Origin: Deferribacterales bacterium | GTDB lineage: Bacteria > Chrysiogenota > Deferribacteres > Deferribacterales > Geovibrionaceae | Direction: 5' to 3' | NCBI GenBank assembly: GCA_050251875.1 | Contig: JBFWMA010000007.1 | Coordinates: 32,001 to 96,000, forward strand | Length of the DNA: 64,000 nt | Shown here: positions 56,930-64,000 of the stretch, piece by piece | How positions within the stretch are numbered: position 1 is the first letter of the stretch | How the letters are laid out: every line of letters starts with the position of its first letter | The notes under the pieces: generated by a model | Seen by the model: the letters and a program-made list of their open reading frames with translations, nothing else | The model's database searches: none | What the model was told of the DNA's origin: nothing | Translations under genes and position numbers: made by a program

Positions 56930-58705
56930 CTACAGAGCGCCGGCCCATGTTTTAACAGGTTTCGCGAATGAGCGGTTCACATCCTCCGGTCGGAACCCTA
57001 TTCCATAGAATTTCTGATAGAACTCCTCTGCCTCCGCCATGATGTCGAAGCTGAAAACATCCGGATGCAGACAGTTGGCGATATGCATCAGCCCCAGAAT
57101 CCATCTGGGACTGCCGAAATCGAAACACGGAGCGGGATAATTATATATTCTTCTGTTTTCAACAGCGCTGACGCTGATGCCCAGTTTTTCGCATGAGGCG
57201 TAAAAATCATCCAGAGTGCTGGGCATAAAAGACGATATGACAATCACGTCAGGATTCAGCCCGTTCAGCCTTTCGGGGGATATTTTCATCCCGGGGCGTC
57301 CTGTGCACCCGAGTGTTTTGTTTATGCTGATTCCGCCTGCCATTTCCACCAGCTCGTTTTCCAGCCTGCCCTCTTCCAGAGCGAACAATGGATTGCTCAT
57401 CACATAGTAAACTGACGGCTTTTTAAGCCCTTCCAGACGGGAAGATATGGACATGATCCTGTCTTTCATATGCTTAACCAGAGCGTATGCCTCGCTCTCG
57501 TGTCCTGTCATTTTGCCGAAATGCCCTATCTTTTTCGCATAGCTCTCGAAATCCTGAAGATTGCCGTGCAGTTTCTGGAGCCCGCCGCCCTGAAGCGCCT
57601 CTTCCCAGCATCCCACTATCGTTTTTCTGTCTCTGACGCCGATAGCCGCCAGTGTGCCTTCTATTATCTCCAGTGCCCGGGTGAACGGATATCCGCCCTC
57701 GAAATCATTCTCGTTATATGTTTTTTCAGACATCGTGCCTTTGATGTTCAGCTCGTGCCCGCATTTGGGACAGTGCCTCTCATCCGCCGCTATTGCCGCA
57801 TTGCGCAGTTTTGACCCCATGGGTCCGTAAAAATCCCTTTCATAGATCAGGGTTCCGCATTTCGGACAGTAGGTGTTTATGCAGTCAGTCCCCGGAGAAT
57901 TAAAAAGATAGACATAATCCAGCTTTTCATATGCCCGTGCGCAGACTCTCTCTGACTCTGTGATGGATGGTTCGCCGGAGATATCGGCATCGTCCAGCGG
58001 TATGAACCGCATGACCTGAAGCGGAATGTCTCTGGATATTTTGGCGATGGTATCAGCTATCTCGCCAACTTTTTCGTCCTCGTCTTTTTTGTGCATGCAT
58101 GCCGCCTCCACATGCACACCCTTTTCATGAAAACGACGTATATTCCTAATAACAGGCTCATATCCTGGAGCGCCGCAGCTTTTGTAATCTTCGTCAGACA
58201 ACCCCTTGATACCTATATTGATAAAATCCAGATACGGAGCGATCATATCCAGAGAATGTTCGGTGAAATATCCGTTAGAAGAACAACCCACCAGAAGCCC
58301 GCTCTGCTTGGCTATTTTTGCTATTTCCAGAAAGGTATAGAAGGATGCCAGAGGATCATTCATCAGAAACACGACCCCCGCACACTCCTCTGCTTTTGCT
58401 TTTGCCACTATCTGCTGAGGAGTCAGCTTTTTCAGCGCCTTGCTGTCGGGATTCACCTCTTTTGCCACCACGGTGGCTACACATCCGGAACAGTCGAAAT
58501 TGCATCCGGAGGTGCTTATCTGCAAAAATTTCGCTTTGGGATAGAAATTCATCACGGGCATTGTCTCAGCAGAGATGGGGCACACGACAAGATAGCTGTC
58601 CGGAAACAGCTCTATGAGTTTTCCGCCGTCATTTTTATATCTTCCGCAGGCTCCCGCTGAGCCGTCTTTTATCCCGCATCCTATTTCGCATATATTACAT
58701 TTCAT
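56930..58705 (-). CDS. AmmeMemoRadiSam-like radical SAM enzyme fused to a Fe/B12-type substrate-binding-protein domain
   Basis: 'CNICEIGC...GACG', 'GCNFDCSGC', 'TYCPKCG', 'CPKCG'; C-terminal 'KPSVYY...LVEMAGG...LNPDVIVI...AVENRRIY...GSPRWILG...LHPDVF'. Confidence 0.8.
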   Translation of the reverse strand: MKCNICEIGCGIKDGSAGACGRYKNDGGKLIELFPDSYLVVCPISAETMPVMNFYPKAKFLQISTSGCNFDCSGCVATVVAKEVNPDSKALKKLTPQQIVAKAKAEECAGVVFLMNDPLASFYTFLEIAKIAKQSGLLVGCSSNGYFTEHSLDMIAPYLDFINIGIKGLSDEDYKSCGAPGYEPVIRNIRRFHEKGVHVEAACMHKKDEDEKVGEIADTIAKISRDIPLQVMRFIPLDDADISGEPSITESERVCARAYEKLDYVYLFNSPGTDCINTYCPKCGTLIYERDFYGPMGSKLRNAAIAADERHCPKCGHELNIKGTMSEKTYNENDFEGGYPFTRALEIIEGTLAAIGVRDRKTIVGCWEEALQGGGLQKLHGNLQDFESYAKKIGHFGKMTGHESEAYALVKHMKDRIMSISSRLEGLKKPSVYYVMSNPLFALEEGRLENELVEMAGGISINKTLGCTGRPGMKISPERLNGLNPDVIVISSFMPSTLDDFYASCEKLGISVSAVENRRIYNYPAPCFDFGSPRWILGLMHIANCLHPDVFSFDIMAEAEEFYQKFYGIGFRPEDVNRSFAKPVKTWAGAL

Positions 58706-58970
58706 TTTTTTACCTTTATTTCAGTGTTTTTCATATTCTCAGAAAGTGGAAATATTTGTCAAGAAAGCTATTTTTTATATTTCAGATAAAATAACGATAA
58801 TAATAACGTATGCTTTGCACTATTAGCTTTTAGAAGGATATTGAGCCAGTCTATTACGATTCTTACATAACGAACTAAACATCCATCAGAAAACACAATA
58901 TTTCATACATATTTCTTTCATATTTATAATATTTGCGGTATTATGAGTGATCTGTCCCAGCGAGGTCTTT

Positions 58971-59591
58971 TTGAATATCATTTTTAGAGAGGTTCTGTTC
59001 CTCATAACAATCATCAACCCTATTGCTCTTTTCCTTTATCTGGCTCCGGTCAGAAACGATCTCAGTGAGAGGGATTTCATCAAAGTTGTCATAAAGGCGA
59101 CCATAATATCATTGATAATAAATCTGTTTTTCACATTCTCAGGCGAATCGCTCTTTTCATCCGTGTTAAAGATCAACTTCAATTCCTTCCGGATATTCGG
59201 CGGGATGGTGCTCTTCAGCATGTCGCTTCTGTCTATCATACACGGGCAGAAGATGATGATTACTTTCAGAGGCAATCTGGACGACCTAGCTTCAGAAATC
59301 GCCCTGCCTTTCATGACAGGTGTTGGAACTATATCTGTCTGCGTTCTGATCGGCAGCCATATGAGCATACTGGAATCCGCCGCGGTCAATGTCCTTGCCA
59401 TGCTCCTGACTCTGGCGGTTATCCTTACACTGTTCTGGATGAGGTATCACATCAGGTCAAAACATCTCACTGTCGCTTTTGACAAGGTTCTCGGGATCCT
59501 CATCAGAATAAACGGCTTCGTAATGGGCTCTTTCGGCGTTGACATGATAAGATCAGGCATCCTCAACATAATCAACACTTACAAAGGCTGA
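58971..59591 (+). CDS. MarC family membrane protein
   Basis: 'IINPI', 'FRIFGGMVLF', 'IALPFMTGVGTI'; TTG start after GAGG. Confidence 0.85.
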   Translation: MNIIFREVLFLITIINPIALFLYLAPVRNDLSERDFIKVVIKATIISLIINLFFTFSGESLFSSVLKINFNSFRIFGGMVLFSMSLLSIIHGQKMMITFRGNLDDLASEIALPFMTGVGTISVCVLIGSHMSILESAAVNVLAMLLTLAVILTLFWMRYHIRSKHLTVAFDKVLGILIRINGFVMGSFGVDMIRSGILNIINTYKG

Positions 59592-59755
59592 AAATCATCT
59601 TCTGGATCCATCGATAATTACATCAATTATTCTTTTATATTCAACTTTCTCAAACTATCTTTGCGCTTAAACAAACATTATGTTGATTTAATATTCTATT
59701 TGTTTAATATATGCATAACTTTTGTATTTTTATAATAATAACAATGAGGACAGTT

Positions 59756-60742
59756 ATGCAGAAAATTATTTTGGCTACCCTTATGCTTATCTCTTTCACT
59801 ATTGCTTACGCAGAGACCTATGTTCAACTGGGTCGTTATTTTCCTGACAAGAAAGAAACGGATAATGGTTTAATCTGGTACAATTCAGGCTATTTTGCGG
59901 AAGTCCGTATACTCGATGATTTAGATCCATCAACACATAAAGCGCTGGAGTCATATCTGGGCAAAGGTGTCCGATTCAGAATTCAGCAAAACACAGGAAA
60001 AGAAGAAGGATGGGACATGAACAACTATGTTATGGAAAGAACTATTAAAATAACCCAGATATCTACAAAAATCTGGACTGATGATGATGTCTATGTCCTG
60101 TTCGGTGTTTCGTCATACGACAGCAACAATGACTATATTGATACGACAACTCTCGAAACAGACAATTTAGCATGGGACGCAACACAAATACATATGGGAG
60201 CAGGATACAGGTTTGAGCTCAATGAAACTTATCTTAACAATATTGACTTTTATGGAATTTTTTCTTACTACAGCGCCTCTACAGAATATAACGATATCAA
60301 AAAAACAGAAGAGCGTGAGTTAATAGTCGGCACATCAGCATTGTTCGGCGATGTCAGTTTCCTCAGCGGCATGCTGTCTGCTGAACTCGGTAAGAAAAAT
60401 ATTACTCAAGGCAAAAATGATTCTTATCCGTGGTACTACAATGTGGAAGGCGGCGTTTATATAAAAAGTCCTAAACTTAATAAATCAGAAATATGGCAAA
60501 AAATGATTCCAGAGGTAGCTTACGCTTACGGCTACTACAAATATAATAGCGGCAACACAGAAGTAGACCTCTTTCCATCGTATGATACTAAATACAACAT
60601 AGAAAGAAAATTCAGTCTAATATGGGGCTTAACTAAGCGGACTTTGCTCAGAACTGTGTATACTAATATTAAAAGGACTTTCGAAAACGGAGAATCTCAT
60701 AAATACAGGAATGTCCTTCTGATATTGGAATATCAGCTTTAA
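59756..60742 (+). CDS. AT-rich exported protein, probable outer-membrane beta-barrel
   Basis: Signal peptide (..IAYA|E); Tyr/Gly-rich alternating strands; C-terminal LILEYQL. Confidence 0.6.
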   Translation: MQKIILATLMLISFTIAYAETYVQLGRYFPDKKETDNGLIWYNSGYFAEVRILDDLDPSTHKALESYLGKGVRFRIQQNTGKEEGWDMNNYVMERTIKITQISTKIWTDDDVYVLFGVSSYDSNNDYIDTTTLETDNLAWDATQIHMGAGYRFELNETYLNNIDFYGIFSYYSASTEYNDIKKTEERELIVGTSALFGDVSFLSGMLSAELGKKNITQGKNDSYPWYYNVEGGVYIKSPKLNKSEIWQKMIPEVAYAYGYYKYNSGNTEVDLFPSYDTKYNIERKFSLIWGLTKRTLLRTVYTNIKRTFENGESHKYRNVLLILEYQL

Positions 60743-60810
60743 ATATCAGTATTGACCATTTACCCATGCTGTCATATTCTACATTGAGAGTGTTTTCACG
60801 GAGGATAAAA

Positions 60811-60927
60811 ATGGCAACGAAGAAAGGCGAAGTATATGTTTGTTCCGTGTGCAAAGCGGTAGTAAAGGTAGAGAACGGCGGAAGCGGCGCTCTGATGTGC
60901 TGTATGGTAAAAATGACAAAGATGTAA
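60811..60927 (+). CDS. Desulforedoxin-like small iron protein (38 aa), absent from the ORF track
   Basis: MATKKGEVYVCSVCKAVVKVENGGSGALMCCMVKMTKM: CxxC-x15-CC pattern; GGAGG RBS; terminator follows. Confidence 0.9.
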   Translation: MATKKGEVYVCSVCKAVVKVENGGSGALMCCMVKMTKM

Positions 60928-60928
60928 T

Positions 60929-60960
60929 AAAAAAGGCGGACGCAGTGTCCGCCTTTTGTT
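60929..60960. terminator. Bidirectional terminator
   Basis: A-run-GGCGGAC-GCAGT-GTCCGCC-TTTT. Confidence 0.8.
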
Positions 60961-60961
60961 T

Positions 60962-62422
60962 TTATTTTGAAAGTTTCCCTATCATGCGGTTCATCACCAC
61001 ATTAAATTCTGTCACTGCGGAGCTGAAATCTTTCAGCTTGCCCAGCATATCCGGGTCGCCTTTTCTGACAGCCTCCACTACGATATCAGCGTATTTATGC
61101 GCCATTTTGTGCGGACCTTCTATCGCCCTGTAATCAGGGTCGTTTCTGAACTTCTCCTGATATTCCGCACTGTAATACGCCTTGCCGAACATACAGTTAG
61201 CGTGATCAGGTATTTTCATGTCGGTCTTTTTATTTATAACCGCTATCTGCATAGCCCTCAGAACGTTTGCGTGGGCTATTTTCGCCCTGATGAAAAGAGC
61301 TGCGTTATCTCCCTTCTTATAAGGAGAGACGGATGACTCAACCGTATTCACGGCGTTCATAAGCCCGTTGATAGAATCGGTAAGAGTATTGCTCTGTTCA
61401 TCGAGAACCTGTGAATCACCGGCAAGATTGTCTATATTTTCCATTATCATATTGGATGAGTCAATCTGCTGGCTCAGAGCGGCTGAAATATTATTAATCT
61501 GAGCGCTGATAAATCTCAGTTCGTCAGCAACTTTATGAAAACTGCTTCCCGCCTCGCTGTTCATCTCCAGCTGGCTGATAACCGCCTCAGATGTTTTTCT
61601 GGACATCTCGGCGGCGCTTCTGATGCTTCCGGTAATTCCTTTCACAACAGAATCTATCTCCTCTGTGGCGTGTTTTGTTCTCTCCGCCAGCTTGCGCACC
61701 TCGTCTGCCACAACGGCGAATCCACGACCCGCCTCTCCCGCTCTCGCCGCTTCTATGGCGGCGTTCAGAGAAAGCATATTGGTCTGATCGGAAAGGTCGT
61801 TAATAACCTTCAGAACATCATTGATCTTAGAGGCGTCTTTTTCCAGAAGCTGCATATTATCTGCGAGCATGTTCATGGTCTCGCCCATAATCTCAGATTT
61901 TCCGCCTGTCTCCTCAAAGCGTCTGGCGCCCACATTGGCGATATCCACTGAGGATTCCGCCTTTGCCACTGTTTCGTTTACTATTTCGGATATCTCGTTG
62001 ATGGCGCTCGCCAGCTCGTGCCCGGAAGAAGCCACCTGAGATGAGACATATCCGCTGTGCTCAGCGATTTTTTTGATCTCCGCAAGCTGATTGATAAGAG
62101 GAATAGCCGAGTCAGCCACAGAAGATATCCCCGTGTATGACTGGGTAATGTTTTTATCTATGCCTTTCAGATAACCGATAACGTTATCCGGAAGAACACA
62201 TTTATCTATGAGGGCATACTCGCCTGTTTCCATAAATGTGGCGAACTCGTCCTTAGCGGATGAGACCTCCTGTTTCATGGACAGATAACTGAGCCATATC
62301 ACGGACGCCACCACAATCAGGGCAGCTATCGTGACATATAAAGGACTTTTGCTGAAAATGATAATTAAAGCCAGGACAATAAGAAGAGCGCTCTGAACAG
62401 CCATATTCATTTTGCCGGACAT
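60962..62422 (-). CDS. Methyl-accepting chemotaxis protein with C-terminal CZB zinc-binding domain
   Basis: '[38 protein letters not shown]'; CZB 'AKIAH', 'DHANCMFGK', 'PHKMAH'; two adjacent TM helices, no periplasmic sensor. Confidence 0.9.
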   Translation of the reverse strand: MSGKMNMAVQSALLIVLALIIIFSKSPLYVTIAALIVVASVIWLSYLSMKQEVSSAKDEFATFMETGEYALIDKCVLPDNVIGYLKGIDKNITQSYTGISSVADSAIPLINQLAEIKKIAEHSGYVSSQVASSGHELASAINEISEIVNETVAKAESSVDIANVGARRFEETGGKSEIMGETMNMLADNMQLLEKDASKINDVLKVINDLSDQTNMLSLNAAIEAARAGEAGRGFAVVADEVRKLAERTKHATEEIDSVVKGITGSIRSAAEMSRKTSEAVISQLEMNSEAGSSFHKVADELRFISAQINNISAALSQQIDSSNMIMENIDNLAGDSQVLDEQSNTLTDSINGLMNAVNTVESSVSPYKKGDNAALFIRAKIAHANVLRAMQIAVINKKTDMKIPDHANCMFGKAYYSAEYQEKFRNDPDYRAIEGPHKMAHKYADIVVEAVRKGDPDMLGKLKDFSSAVTEFNVVMNRMIGKLSK

Positions 62423-62531
62423 GCTTCTCACCCCTAAATAATATTTGACCCTATGTTAATAAAATTATCACATAATCACAACTGTAATTTAAAGATAAGT
62501 AAAAGAAATATTAGAGAAAATAATAATAAAT

Positions 62532-62556
62532 AAAAAAGCGGGTCATAAGACCCGCC
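62532..62556 (-). terminator. Terminator of rubrerythrin
   Basis: GCGGGTC-TTAT-GACCCGC followed by a T-run on the minus strand. Confidence 0.75.
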
Positions 62557-62565
62557 TCTGTATGA

Positions 62566-63162
62566 TTAGTAGTTAACAACCACGAGTTCGAAATGTTCCT
62601 GTTTGTGCGCGCAGGCGGGGCAAACAGCGGGAGCTTCCAGTCCTTCGTGAACGTGTCCGCAGACAAGGCATTTCCAAGCGACTGTAGCGGGTTTTTTGAA
62701 AACGAGTCCGTTAGCGACATTTTCGGCGAGTTTTCTGTATCTGGCTTCGTGGTGAGCTTCGATAGCGGCGATTTTAGTAAAAAGAGCCTCAACCTGAGGA
62801 TAGCCCTCTTCTTTGGCTATTTTAGCGAATGTAGGATAGAGAATCTCCCACTCTTCGTGCTCGCCGTCAGCGGCAAATTTCAGGTTGTCCAGTGTCTGGG
62901 CTAAGCCAACGGGGTAGTCGGCATTCACGTTAACCATCATAGGGATCTCTGCGCCGAGGATATCGTTAGCGTACTGAAAAAAACGTTTTGCGTGCATTCT
63001 TTCGTTGTCGGCAGTCTCAAGAAAGATATTTTCTATCTGGCGGAAGCCTTCTTTGCGGGCCTGAGCAGCATAGAATGTGTATCTGTTGCGGGCCTGAGAT
63101 TCTCCGGCGAAAGCCTTCATAAGGTTTTGCAGTGTTTCTGAGTCTTTGAATGATTTTGACAT
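62566..63162 (-). CDS. rbr: Rubrerythrin
   Basis: 'NLMKAFAGESQARNRY', 'NERMHA', 'GEHEE', 'EAHHEARY', 'WKCLVCG...CPAC'. Confidence 0.96.
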   Translation of the reverse strand: MSKSFKDSETLQNLMKAFAGESQARNRYTFYAAQARKEGFRQIENIFLETADNERMHAKRFFQYANDILGAEIPMMVNVNADYPVGLAQTLDNLKFAADGEHEEWEILYPTFAKIAKEEGYPQVEALFTKIAAIEAHHEARYRKLAENVANGLVFKKPATVAWKCLVCGHVHEGLEAPAVCPACAHKQEHFELVVVNY

Positions 63163-63280
63163 TATTTCCTCCTGATGTTTGATTATCGCTACATAATACA
63201 TGTATTCGCAAAAATAGCAACAATTTTCTTTTAATAATTTTTATCGACTAATTGACTGTTTAATTGCTCACTTACTGATT

Positions 63281-64000
63281 TTACGGCTTTTTTCTCAATA
63301 CCGCAACCGCAACAACCTTATCTTCATTATTCATTTTTCTGATAGCTACGGTGCATGGAGTGATTTTACCTGAACAGTTCAGAGTGAGATCGGTTTCCCC
63401 GACACTCTCTGACTGGGTGCTGAAGAAGAAATCTGTGAAAATCGTCCAATCAGCGTCAGAACAAAAATCACCAAGAGACATGGAGAGCAGACCGCTCTTT
63501 TCCATGCCCATAAGTTCACAGGCGCTGGCGTTTACTTCTATGATGCGCCCCATAAAGCCGCTGTCCGCACGAACCACCACCACGGCGTCATGAACCATGT
63601 CTGCCAGCATGCGGAATTTGTTTTCGCACTGTTCGCTCTGCCTTACCTCGTGATATATTCTTTCGCTGAGCCTTTTGTTCATGTCTTTCAGCTGAATCTC
63701 GTACAGCTTTTTTTCTGTGCTGTCTAAAATGACAGAGCAGAGAACCGTCCGCCCGTTATAATCTATCGGAGAAGAATAGACCTCAACATTTTTGACATTG
63801 CCGTCTTTCAGCCTGTGTATGAAGTTAAAATAATTTCTCGCTCTGCTTTTGGCGTGCTGCATCTCTTTTTTGATAGCTTCCGGAGGCATTATATTGAGCT
63901 GGTCTATATGCATGGATATCAGCTCTTCCTTGCCATATCCGTAAAAGATACATGCGGCGTTGTTCGCCTCTATTATCTTTCCGCCGTTCTCGTTGTCTAT
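63281..64000 (-). CDS. Multi-PAS domain protein, 5' end beyond window
   Basis: Frame open to the window edge (IDNENGGKIIEANNAACIFYGY...); second PAS 'GRIIEVNASACELMG'. Confidence 0.85.
   Translation of the reverse strand: MDNENGGKIIEANNAACIFYGYGKEELISMHIDQLNIMPPEAIKKEMQHAKSRARNYFNFIHRLKDGNVKNVEVYSSPIDYNGRTVLCSVILDSTEKKLYEIQLKDMNKRLSERIYHEVRQSEQCENKFRMLADMVHDAVVVVRADSGFMGRIIEVNASACELMGMEKSGLLSMSLGDFCSDADWTIFTDFFFSTQSESVGETDLTLNCSGKITPCTVAIRKMNNEDKVVAVAVLRKKP

Noticed and set aside
60840..61133. 97-aa ORF from the track
   Set aside because: Out of frame with the desulforedoxin gene, crosses a terminator and is antisense to the MCP
63229..63246. PerR-like box upstream of rubrerythrin (TAATAATTTTTATCG)
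   Set aside because: Weak match in AT-rich DNA; not distinguishable from chance

Overview
64 kb of core-like chromosome from an anaerobically respiring Gram-negative bacterium. The gene content (Tat molybdoenzyme, split archaeal-type glutamate synthase, NifJ-type PFOR, rubrerythrin, desulforedoxin, ttuBA-trmI, sigma54 regulation) suggests Deferribacterales (Seleniivibrio/Denitrovibrio-like); this is an inference. In order, the window holds: a sigma54/two-component-controlled TtrA/SrdA-family reductase (B and A subunits, no membrane anchor gene), an AT-rich orphan gene next to tRNA-Pro with tRNA-linked repeats, pstSCAB followed by a Pho-box-preceded chemoreceptor, a TetR-controlled uncharacterised biosynthetic operon (pyruvoyl decarboxylase, Fem-like GNAT, ATP-grasp ligase, PLP decarboxylase) abutting tRNA-Val, two head-to-head paralogous pilin-like adhesins with a mini flagellin homologue, ttuB-ttuA-trmI, three-gene glutamate synthase, an orphan lysozyme-holin pair with a fully folded leader, PFOR, an Mla/MCE system with a degenerate ATPase, glnB-glnA, two radical SAM proteins, a lipoprotein plus exported CHAT protease, a P-type ATPase and redox-stress genes. 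The best candidate for an undescribed system is the operon at 18660-23343. No CRISPR array, integrase, transposase or rRNA was seen. All calls come from motif reading by eye; no database searches were run.
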